DNA of 32,000 bases from Pyrobaculum calidifontis JCM 11548 (GTDB taxonomy: Archaea; Thermoproteota; Thermoprotei; Thermoproteales; Thermoproteaceae). The stretch spans positions 600,001 to 632,000 of the forward strand of contig NC_009073.1 in assembly GCF_000015805.1 (NCBI RefSeq). The letters run 5' to 3'. This document shows, piece after piece, positions 13,941-22,084 of this stretch (positions are counted from its first letter, which is position 1; the number at the start of each line of letters is the position of its first letter). The notes below the pieces were generated by a model. That model was not told where the DNA came from and searched no databases. It was given only the letters and a program-made list of their open reading frames with translations. Position numbers and translations under genes: made by a program.

Positions 13941-15344
13941 ATGCGTCTTTTGGCGGCGGTCCTACTGCTGGCAATAGCAGCTTTTTCCGTCACAATTGTA
14001 ACAAGGGCCGACCAAGCCTCAATTGACAGAGCGTTGCCAGTGCTACAGCGGTATTTCCCCGATGTGAAAATAGTACCGGCGGACCCCACCCAGTGGAGGG
14101 CCCTTATTGACCGAGGGGGCGTGGACTTCCTGTGGGCAGGCGCGCCGGTTTTATACGAGGTTTTACTGAAGGAGGGGCGGCTGGCGCCTATGCCCAATGT
14201 CCCCGAGCTACAAGCGTTGCCGGACAAGGTGGGCAACATACCGCTCAAGAGGGTGGTAAACGGTAGCGTGTACTACGTGGTATACGGCTTGTTGGGCTAC
14301 GTAATTGGCTACAACCAGGAGGCGCTCAAGAGGGCCGGCTTAGAGCCTGTGTGTAGCTGGAGCGGCTTCTCCTCTCCCAAGCTTGTCCAATACTACCTCC
14401 AGACAGGGAGCCGCCCCGTGGCCTTGGCGAAGCCCACTAAGTCTACCTCGACTGCGGCTATGATGCAGCTTGTGACAGAGATATACGGGTGGGAGGAGGG
14501 CTGGCGCTACCTAACGGCGATGGCGGCTGTGGCTAGGTTTGTGGACTCCAGCGGCGCCGTGCGCGACGCCGTGAAGCGAGGAGAGGCCCTCTTCGGCCCC
14601 ATGGTGGACTACTATGTCTTCATCGCGGGGCTGGGCTACTGTGTGCCAGAGGACGGCACAGACATACTGTTTGACCCAATTGCGGTCCCCAAGGGCGCCA
14701 ACATGACCGCGGCGGCTGTTTTGACAAGAGTCTTTCTCACAGACATTGAGAAGACTCTTGTAGATCGCTACATAATCCCCGGCAACCCCGCCGTGTTAGA
14801 CTCTCCAGATGTAAATCAGACAAAGGCGGCGGTGTTAAAGAGGCACCTAGAGTTGCTTAAGTCGAAGGTAAAGGCTGTGCCGCCTGAAAAGTCGGCTTCG
14901 TTCTACTACTCCTTCATCTACTACTACGAGGCCACCCTAGTTGACTTGCAAGACGTCTTAACAGACGTGTGGACGAAGGTGGTTAAGGCGTACCTCGCCG
15001 GCAACATCACGCGGCAGCAGTTCGAAGAGCTGTTGAGTCTCCTCGCCGCGCCGGTCAACTTCACAGACCCAGCCACGGGGGAGCGGCTCAAGTTTACATA
15101 CGACGTAGCGGTGAAGCTCAATGACAAGGTGGGGTCAGACCCCACTTACAGAGACCTAGTGTATCAAGCCTGGAGAGAAGCCGCCAGGGCCAAGTACAGA
15201 GAGGTAGAACGCCGGCTCGAGAGCTACCTCGCCTCCAAGCCCGCCGGCGGGGCCCCCTCGGCCGCCTTGCTCACGGCCGCCGCGGTCGGCGCCTTTGCAG
15301 TTGCAGTGGGGGCTTACCTACTAATGAGGCGGAGGGCGGGCTAG
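13941..15344 (+). CDS. Secreted periplasmic-binding-protein-like (ABC solute-binding family 1-like) protein with a C-terminal TM anchor
   Basis: N-terminal signal MRLLAAVLLLAIAAFSV. The PBP-like pattern is DVKIVPADPTQW...GGVDFLWAGAPVLYEVLLKEGRLAP and LLGYVIGYNQEALKRAGLEP. The C-terminal anchor is ALLTAAAVGAFAVAVGAYLLMRRRAG. No permease or ATPase gene is adjacent. Confidence 0.5.
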   Translation: MRLLAAVLLLAIAAFSVTIVTRADQASIDRALPVLQRYFPDVKIVPADPTQWRALIDRGGVDFLWAGAPVLYEVLLKEGRLAPMPNVPELQALPDKVGNIPLKRVVNGSVYYVVYGLLGYVIGYNQEALKRAGLEPVCSWSGFSSPKLVQYYLQTGSRPVALAKPTKSTSTAAMMQLVTEIYGWEEGWRYLTAMAAVARFVDSSGAVRDAVKRGEALFGPMVDYYVFIAGLGYCVPEDGTDILFDPIAVPKGANMTAAAVLTRVFLTDIEKTLVDRYIIPGNPAVLDSPDVNQTKAAVLKRHLELLKSKVKAVPPEKSASFYYSFIYYYEATLVDLQDVLTDVWTKVVKAYLAGNITRQQFEELLSLLAAPVNFTDPATGERLKFTYDVAVKLNDKVGSDPTYRDLVYQAWREAARAKYREVERRLESYLASKPAGGAPSAALLTAAAVGAFAVAVGAYLLMRRRAG

Positions 15345-15601
15345 ACACCCAGTAGGTCTAGCAGCCACTTCCACTGGCTGTAGGACTCCAACAGTTTTAA
15401 CCCCTCGGCCGAGATACAGAAAGTCCCCGCGTTTTCCCTCACTAGCCCCCTCGCCACGAGTGCCTCGAGGATTTTAACCATTCTGTCGTAGGCCAGGTTG
15501 GCCTCTGTGGCTATCCTAGTCGGCGGCTTACACTCAGCCTTGACTGTCTCGAGGATGTCTATCACAATCTCAAGCCTACTTCTCCTTCTTTTCCTGGCCA
15601 T
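15341..15601 (-). CDS. Small winged-helix DNA-binding protein (COG3432-like archaeal regulator)
   Basis: MARKRRRSRLEIVIDILETV...PTRIATEANLAYDRMVKILEALVARGLV is the typical N-terminal basic stretch plus wHTH of this family. It is the last gene of the FtsX operon and overlaps the upstream gene by 26 nt. Confidence 0.7.
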   Translation of the reverse strand: MARKRRRSRLEIVIDILETVKAECKPPTRIATEANLAYDRMVKILEALVARGLVRENAGTFCISAEGLKLLESYSQWKWLLDLLGV

Positions 15602-16121
15602 ATGCCAAGCCCAGCGCTAGGAAGAGCGCGGTGAGAGATCTAAACACCACGTCTTGGAAGGCGAAGAGCGGCGTCATAATAGACGCCGCGAAGAAGATAA
15701 AGGCGATGGAAATCCACGGGGCTACCCCCCTCTCCAAGCTCCTCAACAGTGTGACCACGGCGATGTACAGAGAGAGGGCCACGTTGACGGGTAGGAGGAA
15801 TAGGAGCAACGGCACTGCGGCGTAGAGGCTGGTGGGCGTCACGGCAATGGCCAAGGGGACGAGGGCGGCCAGCTGAAGCAGAAGTAAAACTGCGCGGAGG
15901 CCAGCCGCTTGATGGATCACAAATCTCCACGGGGCCTGGCCTGCGGCTAGCCTCAGGAGGAAATCTGCCACTGCCTCAACGGCGAGGGACACGGCGAGCA
16001 TCAGCATGCCGAAGGAGTACAGCGACAGCCTCCAGTCGGCCAAGCTCCTCCACGCCCTAAGAGTGAGGTAGCCTATGTACAACGCCAGCGCCACTATGAT
16101 TAAGTCTGGGATAAAGATCAT
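15576..16121 (-). CDS. Polytopic membrane protein (5-6 TM), unknown function
   Basis: It has an ATGA start/stop overlap with the FtsX permease gene (16118-16121). Hydrophobic helices run throughout and the tail is charged (GQEKKEK). Confidence 0.6.
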   Translation of the reverse strand: MIFIPDLIIVALALYIGYLTLRAWRSLADWRLSLYSFGMLMLAVSLAVEAVADFLLRLAAGQAPWRFVIHQAAGLRAVLLLLQLAALVPLAIAVTPTSLYAAVPLLLFLLPVNVALSLYIAVVTLLRSLERGVAPWISIAFIFFAASIMTPLFAFQDVVFRSLTALFLALGLAYGQEKKEK

Positions 16122-17341
16122 TCGTATTTCAACGCCTGCACTAAGTCGATCCTGCTTCCCCGCACTGCTGGCACCAAGGCGCCGAGGAGGTTGACTGCTA
16201 CCACCAACGCCGCCGTCCCGGCCAAAATCACTGGGTCTAAGACAAGCGAACTTATCTGGAATGCGCCTCCGCCGAAGCCCGGAGGCCCGCCTGGTGCCCC
16301 CCTCTGCCCTCCCCCGGCGCTTGTGGCCCCGTTGCCGAACAGCAGAGAGAGGCCGGCTTGAGACACTGGAATTAGCAGAATTGCGCCTATGGCCACGCCT
16401 ATTGCGGCTATTATGAGCGCCTCGCCGAGGAACATGAGGGTGATGTGCCTCCTCTTGAACCCCACAGCCCTCATGATGCCGATCTCCTTAGTCCTCTGCA
16501 CCACGTTTATGCTCATGGTGTCGTAAAGCCAAAGCGCGGTGATAACAGTGCTGACCCCAGCCAACATGCCCATGAAGAGTTGAAACGCTGTGAGGTAGGT
16601 ATTCACCGTCTGGAGTATTGCCTGGGGAGAAATCACGTCCACATTGGGGTAATTTGCCCTTATTTCATTGGCCACGGAGTCCACAAGCGACGGGTCTCTC
16701 GCCAGCACTATTACCACGTTGTAGCTAGTTATGCCCGTCAGCTGGCGGAATGTTGAGAGGTCCATAATAACGCCGCGGGACGTGTCGAAAAACCCCACGC
16801 TACCCGTGGCCAAGATCCCCGAGGCCGCAATTGTGGTAGACCTCCGCCCAACGCTTAAAGAAAGCGGAGACCCCACCAATACTCTTTGTTGCCCCGTGGA
16901 TCTGTCGAAGGCCACGTAGTAGCCCACCAAGGCGAAGTTGGAGCCGACGAACATAGTCCCGTCGTAGAGCGCGGTGGAGGGAAGCACGCGCTGGAGGTCG
17001 GCTGGGTTTACGCCGTAGACGGTGACGGGTATGGGGCTGTTGCTGCCGGGCACTCTCACGACTCCCCTGGTGGAGGCCAGAGGAACCACCGCGTCTACTC
17101 CCTGTATCCCCGCCAGGACCCCCACGTCGGCGTCGGTGAACTGGGAACCTGTGACAAACAGCGTGTTAGCGCCGAAGTTAGACGTGAAGAAGCGTGTGGT
17201 ATAGTCCTTGAACGTCTGGCCTGTCAAGAGGGCGTAGCTAAGCGCCGTGAAGGCTATGACTATTCCAACAATAGCGCCGATGGTTCTGCCCTTCCTCTCC
17301 CACAGCGCCTGCCACGCCAGCCTTAACATCTCTGCGTACAT
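16118..17341 (-). CDS. ABC-transporter permease, FtsX/MacB-type
   Basis: The N-terminus MLRLAWQALWERKGRTIGAIVGIVIAFTALSYAL forms TM1. A ~230-aa extracytoplasmic domain follows, then the FtsX motif region QRTKEIGIMRAVGFKRRHITLMFLGEALIIAAIGVAIG and a C-terminal TM. A TATA-like gataaaaattataa lies about 25 nt upstream. Confidence 0.85.
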   Translation of the reverse strand: MYAEMLRLAWQALWERKGRTIGAIVGIVIAFTALSYALLTGQTFKDYTTRFFTSNFGANTLFVTGSQFTDADVGVLAGIQGVDAVVPLASTRGVVRVPGSNSPIPVTVYGVNPADLQRVLPSTALYDGTMFVGSNFALVGYYVAFDRSTGQQRVLVGSPLSLSVGRRSTTIAASGILATGSVGFFDTSRGVIMDLSTFRQLTGITSYNVVIVLARDPSLVDSVANEIRANYPNVDVISPQAILQTVNTYLTAFQLFMGMLAGVSTVITALWLYDTMSINVVQRTKEIGIMRAVGFKRRHITLMFLGEALIIAAIGVAIGAILLIPVSQAGLSLLFGNGATSAGGGQRGAPGGPPGFGGGAFQISSLVLDPVILAGTAALVVAVNLLGALVPAVRGSRIDLVQALKYE

Positions 17342-17374
17342 GTGCGCCTCGTTGTTCCTAGATAAAAATTATAA

Positions 17375-17389
17375 CTCACCTCAGGTGAG
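17375..17389. promoter_or_regulatory. Perfect 7-1-7 palindrome CTCACCT-C-AGGTGAG between two divergent TATA boxes (candidate operator)
   Basis: It sits between gataaaaattataa (the TATA for the minus-strand FtsX operon) and gcttataataac (the TATA for the plus-strand surface protein gene at 17423). Confidence 0.5.
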
Positions 17390-17422
17390 CATAGCTTATA
17401 ATAACCCCTCAAAAGCCAGGGC

Positions 17423-19528
17423 ATGAAAAAGTGGTTAATACTCGCGGCACTTCTAGCGGCGCTGGCCTATTCCCAGGCCGTCGTATTTACGCCTAAGGTG
17501 GACTACCTATTCCTCGGAGCTCAGTGGGTACAGGTGCCGAAGTTTCCAGGCGATGTCGGAGTAATCTCGCTGTCCTTCTACCTGGCTGACCAATATGTCG
17601 ACGTGTCTATTAGCCTCAGCCCCCAGTGTCCCTATCTCACCGCACTTGGAAGCGCCCAGATGCCCACCGCGGGACCCGGAGTGGTCACTGCGACGCTGAA
17701 GGTCATGGCCACGGCGCTGAACGCCACCTGTCCCACAAACGTCTACCTAAAGGCCACCTACAAGGCGTCTGGCTCCACTCTCACAAACGGCATCGAGAAG
17801 CTTGAGTACGTCTCCGTGTACATACCGCCGTACCCCACGGCGCAGGTATACGCAGAAGGCGCCGCCTACGTGGGCCTGCCCTCCACTGTAAAGCTCGTTG
17901 TGGTGTCTCCCTACCTCTTGACGGGAGCTGTGTCTGTGCAAGGCCAGGGTGCGCGCGTCGTTGCGCCCACGGGCCCCGTAGTTGTTAACTCTACCAGGGC
18001 GGAGATACCCGCGACTCTTATCGCCGACTCCTACACGGCCGCCCTCGCAGTAGTCATCAACAGTAGAGACTGGCTGGGGAACCCCGTCACGTTGACGTAC
18101 ACAGTGCCCATCTCCGCCGCGCCGCCCCCGCCCGCCGTGGTGTCCATAAGCCCCACAATGCTCTCGGCGAATAAGTACAACGCGGTGAACATAACAGTGG
18201 CGTTGCCCATACGCGCCAACGGCACAGCCACGGCGACAGTGGCCGGAGGCATAATGCCGCAGTCCGCCGTGACCTTCCCCATAGTAAACGGCGTGGGGAA
18301 GGCCACCGTCTCCGTCTACCCCACGGCAAGCGTAGTGACGTTCAACGTGGTGGCCACCTACCAAGCGGCTGGGGTAGCCCGGACTGAGCAAGTCGCCGCC
18401 TCGGCGGCGGTGCAACAGACCTTCGGCGGCCTCTCAAGGCTACAGGTGGCGCCGAGCAAGCTGATAGCGGGCATAGCCAACAACGTGACGTTGGTGGTGC
18501 AGGCCCCCGGCCCCTTCAACGTCTCAGTGACTGTGACCGGCGCGGCGTCGGACAAGCCCTCCCCCTACTACTTCGGCGGAGTAGACAAGGCCACGGCTAA
18601 CCTCCTCTTAACCCCGCTTTCCACTCAGCCCGTCTCTCTCACAGTGTACGTCTACCACAGCGCCGGTGTCGACCAGTACGTGGTCAATCTGCCCGTGGTG
18701 TCCTCCAGCATTTTTACCGTCTTGCCCACCCCCAGCGTTGTTAAAAGCGGCGGCAATCGCACAGTCACTATTACGGTGATTAACAGCGGCGATGTGGCTA
18801 TACAAAAGGCAGTCGTGGCGGTGTCCCCCGCCTCGCCCTCCGTGGTGGCCTCCACTTACACGTACCAGTTGGGCAGACTCGCCCCCCTTGACAGCGCCCA
18901 GTTGCCCATCTCCTTCATTGTGCCAGCCACCTTCAGCGGCGCCATAGCCTTCACCTACACCATAACTTACACCACTGAGCTGGGCACAAGTGCCACAACT
19001 CAGGGCACCTTCTACATACAGGCGTTGCAGACGCCGGCGGTCAATATAACCACGGTAAATGTAGTCCCCGCGACCCCCGAGCCGCGCCGCACATTCTACG
19101 TATCTATAACCATAGTAAACAAGGGCTTCTCCCCAGTCTCCAACCTCCAGGTGGAGGCAAGGGCGCCTCCAGGCATTAGGCCCATAACCTCGCCCATATA
19201 CTTCGTCGGCATCTTAGACACGCAGCAGACCACAAACGTGCCCTTCAGCTTCAACGCCACAAGGCCCGGCACTTACGAGATAGACTTCACAATCTCTTAC
19301 ACAGACCAGTACGGCAACATTTACACAATACCCTACAAGGTGACGGTGACAGTCAGCAACTCCACCACGCGCTTCTTCCCAGGAGGCACCGCGCCGCCTG
19401 GCGCACGACAACAGCAACAACAGCAGAGCCTGCCCCTCGCCACAATAGCCGTTGCCATTGTCGCCGTTGTGGCCGTGGCCGCGGGCCTTGTGGTATACAG
19501 GAGACGGCATAGAAAGACGCAACAATAG
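17423..19528 (+). CDS. Secreted surface protein with CARDB/COG1361 (S-layer domain)-like repeats, poly-Q linker and C-terminal TM anchor
   Basis: Signal peptide MKKWLILAALLAALAYSQA. The protein is rich in beta-strand repeats. The segment NVVPATPEPRRTFYVSITIVNKGFSPVSNLQVEA...GTYEIDFTISYTDQYGN is CARDB-like. The C-terminus is ARQQQQQQSLPLATIAVAIVAVVAVAAGLVVYRRRHRK. Confidence 0.7.
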   Translation: MKKWLILAALLAALAYSQAVVFTPKVDYLFLGAQWVQVPKFPGDVGVISLSFYLADQYVDVSISLSPQCPYLTALGSAQMPTAGPGVVTATLKVMATALNATCPTNVYLKATYKASGSTLTNGIEKLEYVSVYIPPYPTAQVYAEGAAYVGLPSTVKLVVVSPYLLTGAVSVQGQGARVVAPTGPVVVNSTRAEIPATLIADSYTAALAVVINSRDWLGNPVTLTYTVPISAAPPPPAVVSISPTMLSANKYNAVNITVALPIRANGTATATVAGGIMPQSAVTFPIVNGVGKATVSVYPTASVVTFNVVATYQAAGVARTEQVAASAAVQQTFGGLSRLQVAPSKLIAGIANNVTLVVQAPGPFNVSVTVTGAASDKPSPYYFGGVDKATANLLLTPLSTQPVSLTVYVYHSAGVDQYVVNLPVVSSSIFTVLPTPSVVKSGGNRTVTITVINSGDVAIQKAVVAVSPASPSVVASTYTYQLGRLAPLDSAQLPISFIVPATFSGAIAFTYTITYTTELGTSATTQGTFYIQALQTPAVNITTVNVVPATPEPRRTFYVSITIVNKGFSPVSNLQVEARAPPGIRPITSPIYFVGILDTQQTTNVPFSFNATRPGTYEIDFTISYTDQYGNIYTIPYKVTVTVSNSTTRFFPGGTAPPGARQQQQQQSLPLATIAVAIVAVVAVAAGLVVYRRRHRKTQQ

Positions 19529-19646
19529 GCCGAAGCCCGTTAAATCTACGTTTTTGGCACAGAAAGAGGCGGATACTTGCCGGCCCGGCTGCCTCACGAC
19601 TCGGACTCGCCCTCGGCAGTCACTTCTCCTCGTGTGCAATTACTCC

Positions 19647-19669
19647 CCACTTAATAACTTTTTAAGTGG
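19647..19669. promoter_or_regulatory. Inverted repeat CCACTTAA-taacttt-TTAAGTGG embedding the TATA box of the yjbQ-family gene
   Basis: There are perfect 8-bp arms at 19647-19654 and 19662-19669. The AT-rich centre lies about 25 nt upstream of ATG 19685. Confidence 0.45.
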
Positions 19670-19684
19670 TGTCTAGTGGATGTC

Positions 19685-20095
19685 ATGAAGGTTCACGTGG
19701 AGGAGTTTACAGTGGCCACGAGGGCTAGGGAGGACATTGTAGTAGTGACTGAGCAAGTGGAGCGCGTTGTGGCGAGGAGCGGGGTGAAGAACGGCATTGT
19801 CCTCATATACCTCCCCCACGCCACTGCCATTGTCACCGCTAATGAGAACGAGCCGAGGCTGAGGGAGGACATTTTGAACAAGCTTAGGGCTCTGTTTCCG
19901 CGCGGTGCTGGATACCGCCACGACGAGATCGATGACAATGCCAACGCGCATCTCGCCAACCTCTTCACGGGGTTCCACCTGGTGATGCCCGTGGTGGGGG
20001 GCAGACTGAGGAGGGGCACGTGGCAGGAGGTTATGGTGATTGAGATGGATGGGCCGCGGACGAGGACCATCGTCGTGGTCGTGTTGGGGGAATGA
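19685..20095 (+). CDS. YjbQ/UPF0047 family protein (annotated in databases as secondary thiamine-phosphate synthase enzyme)
   Basis: MKVHVEEFTVATRAREDIVVVTEQV...GIVLIYLPHATAIVTANENEPRLREDI...YRHDEIDDNANAHL...GTWQEVMVIEMDGPRTR matches the family pattern H-T-[TS]-A...NE, N-[AG]-x-AH and GTWQ. ATG 19685 fits leaderless spacing, and GTG 19676 is an alternative. Confidence 0.8.
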   Translation: MKVHVEEFTVATRAREDIVVVTEQVERVVARSGVKNGIVLIYLPHATAIVTANENEPRLREDILNKLRALFPRGAGYRHDEIDDNANAHLANLFTGFHLVMPVVGGRLRRGTWQEVMVIEMDGPRTRTIVVVVLGE

Positions 20096-20169
20096 CAGGT
20101 GTGTTACAGGTTTATTGATATCATTCGAACTGGTGCGTGAGAGTCGGGGTTAAATTTTGCCGGGGGTAG

Positions 20170-20508
20170 ATGTTCATGAATCACCGTTTTAACGTGTCTG
20201 ACTTCCGCACCGTGTTAAAGACCGTCTATGCGGGCATGGCCAAGATAGTGGGCGAGGCGAGGGGGTCCTGCGTCTCTTTTACGCCTAGGAGAGTTCTGGA
20301 GTTCGGCGGCATAGACACCACAATGCCCATCGCCCTCACCTTGGTGAAACACATCTTGGAGAAGCTCGTGGAGGCCGGGCTCATGCAGAGAGACGACTCG
20401 CGGGCTAGGGTTAGGTACGTCTTGTGCAAAAACTCCCCCCTCTGGCAGAAGCTCAGGTCAGGCGACGACGACACACTGAAGATGTTGGAGGAGGTAACAG
20501 CCGAGTAG
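20170..20508 (+). CDS. Hypothetical protein, probable winged-helix DNA-binding fold
   Basis: The TATA-like ttaaatttt (20150-20158) lies upstream, with ATG at 20170 or 20176. The segment PIALTLVKHILEKLVEAGLMQRDDSRARVRYVL looks like a recognition helix plus wing. The antisense ORF 20226..20585 is Ser-rich and is rejected. Confidence 0.55.
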   Translation: MFMNHRFNVSDFRTVLKTVYAGMAKIVGEARGSCVSFTPRRVLEFGGIDTTMPIALTLVKHILEKLVEAGLMQRDDSRARVRYVLCKNSPLWQKLRSGDDDTLKMLEEVTAE

Positions 20509-20819
20509 CTGTTTACCTCTAACCGTTCCCTCTGTTTAAAGCCGTAGCATATTGTGCCTGCTGTAGGGATTTCCACCTCGCCCACGCCTTAAGCGTGTGG
20601 ACACACCGGCGCTGAGCTCAACGACACGAAGCCCTCGTTCATAGGACAGACAACCGGCGCAACGCTCCCCTAAGACTTGTGGGTAGTTGCCTTTGAGCGA
20701 GTTGTGCAGTTCTTATCCTTGCGCCGACGTCTCGTGGATTCGAGAGGGCGGTAGAGCTCGCTGTCTTTCTTGGCCTATTGTGGGCCAGGGGGGTTAAATA
20801 CTGGTGTTTCTCTTTTCTT

Positions 20820-21701
20820 GTGTCTGGCTTTGGGGGCCGCGGTGTAGATGAGAAGGGGTTTTTGAGGTGGCTCTTAGGGGAGCTGGGGGTGGAGGAAGAC
20901 GACGTGGCCTATGTCGATGGGCTCGTGGTTAAGGTCGACGGCGCCGCTGCCTCCACGTCGAGGCTTCCCTTTCAGACGTGGGCTGACTTTGGGTGGAGGA
21001 ACGTGGCGGCGGCTTACAGCGACGTGAGGGTGAAGTTCGCCGAGGCGCGCCTCCTCTTGGCCTCAGTGACGGCGCCGGACTTGGGAACCGCGGCTGAGGT
21101 GGTGCAGGGGGTGAGAGAGGCGTCGCAGTTCTTCTCCTTGGCCTACGTGGGTGGGGACCTCAACGAGGGCCGCGACGTGGTTGTAGACGTGGTCTTGGTG
21201 GGGTGGGCGCGGGCGCGTGTGGGGAGGGCGCCCCGCCCCGGCGACGTCCTTGTGACAATTCCTCAGTTCGGCTACACGTCTCTTGCGTATAGGTTTTGGC
21301 AGATGGGCGGCGCCGTCGTGGAGAGGGGGGTCGAAGCGCTTAAGAGGCCCAAGCCCCTCTGGCCCCTCCCCCCGGCGGAGTGTGTGACTGCAGCCATGGA
21401 CTCCTCCGACGGCCTTGGCGACGTCCTGTGGTCTATGGCGAGAGGCGTGGACATAGTGGTGAAGGAGCTCCCGGCTCCCCGCGAGGTGCTTGAGTTTGCG
21501 GCTGAGAGGGGTCTCGACGTGGGAGAGATAGTCTTCAACGGAGGTGAGGAGTTCCTCCCCGTCTTTGCTGTGAGGAGGGACTGCCCCGTGGAGTCGCCAT
21601 ATGTGTCCTTCGCCGAGGTGGTGCCTGGCGAGGGGCGGGTCTGGTGGAGAGGGGAAGAGCTCAAATGGAGGGGATGGGCATACTTCCGCGGGTGGGGGTG
21701 A
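20820..21701 (+). CDS. thiL: Thiamine-monophosphate kinase-like protein (ThiL / PurM-fold AIR-synthase-related)
   Basis: FLRWLLGELGVEEDDVAYVDGLVVKVDGAAAST...FGWRNVAAAYSDV...YVGGDLNEGRDVVVDVVLVGW follows the ThiL N-terminal pattern (DDxA, ttD, SDlaamG-like, GGD). GTG 20820 lies about 24 nt downstream of ggggttaaatac (TATA at 20794-20800). The track start TTG 20778 precedes the TATA box. Confidence 0.6.
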   Translation: MSGFGGRGVDEKGFLRWLLGELGVEEDDVAYVDGLVVKVDGAAASTSRLPFQTWADFGWRNVAAAYSDVRVKFAEARLLLASVTAPDLGTAAEVVQGVREASQFFSLAYVGGDLNEGRDVVVDVVLVGWARARVGRAPRPGDVLVTIPQFGYTSLAYRFWQMGGAVVERGVEALKRPKPLWPLPPAECVTAAMDSSDGLGDVLWSMARGVDIVVKELPAPREVLEFAAERGLDVGEIVFNGGEEFLPVFAVRRDCPVESPYVSFAEVVPGEGRVWWRGEELKWRGWAYFRGWG

Positions 21702-21747
21702 CTACAAAGTGCAAGTCTCCTCAATGTCACAACTGCGTAGCTGACAA

Positions 21748-22084
21748 CTAAAGAAATCTGCCTAATACGCGGTGTATTGCGTAGTAGATGCCCCAGAGCA
21801 GTGCGTTGAAGCCGCCGAATATGGCCGCCGCCGTCGCCAGATCGACGCCTTCGATTATCGTTTCGCCCCCCCGCGAATGACGCCAATAAGGCAATAGTCA
21901 GCAAGATGATGATCCACGCGGCGAAGCCTGCCAGGGCGGCTAGGTGGGATCCCCTCTCTCCAAGCGCGGCATCTGCTAGGACGCCTATCACGACGAAGAT
22001 TGCCGCCGTTAGTGCGTTGTTGAGTCCGCCGACGGCCAGCAACACTAGGGCAGGCACCAAGCTAGCCACAAGCCCGCGTATCAT
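21748..22084 (-). pseudogene. Small membrane protein gene interrupted by a frameshift at a 7-nt homopolymer (C7 on plus, 21866-21872)
   Basis: The frame from ATG 22084 encodes MIRGLVASLVPALVLLAVGGLNNALTAAIFVVIGVLADAAL...IIILLTIALLASFAGG. After the G7 run it becomes Arg/Gly-rich nonsense that runs antisense through thiL to 21272. With one G fewer, the reading continues as ETIIEGVDLATAAAIFGGFNALLWGIYYAIHRVLGRFL and stops at 21748, 46 nt clear of thiL. That segment repeats the N-terminal motif. Confidence 0.55.

Noticed and set aside
17747-19639. ORFs antisense to the surface protein gene (17747..18415-, 18031..18306-, 19214..19639- and others), and similar shadows over the AOR and POR genes (26242..26667+, 27163..27561-, 28817..29422-, 30274..30618-).
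   Set aside because: They are shadow ORFs of GC-rich genes and have no independent support.
20121-20135. tcattcgaactgg, which resembles a T-loop (GTTCGAAT on the minus strand).
   Set aside because: There is no complementary T-stem, acceptor stem or anticodon arm around it.
20509-20780. A 270-nt non-coding gap containing ACAGACAACCGGC (20646-20658), reminiscent of the RNase P RNA CR-V (ACAGAAnCCGGCUUA). I considered it as a minimal Pyrobaculum-type RNase P RNA or another ncRNA.
   Set aside because: There is no GGAAAGUCC-like CR-I partner and I could not build a P4 helix. The similarity is a short partial match. An Rfam scan is still worthwhile, but I cannot support a call.
21272-21747. The C-terminal two thirds of the 270-aa ORF 21272..22084(-).
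   Set aside because: After the G7 run the frame encodes Arg/Gly/Ser/Pro-rich sequence lying antisense to thiL. A shifted frame that gives a membrane-like continuation and an earlier stop explains it better (see the pseudogene call).
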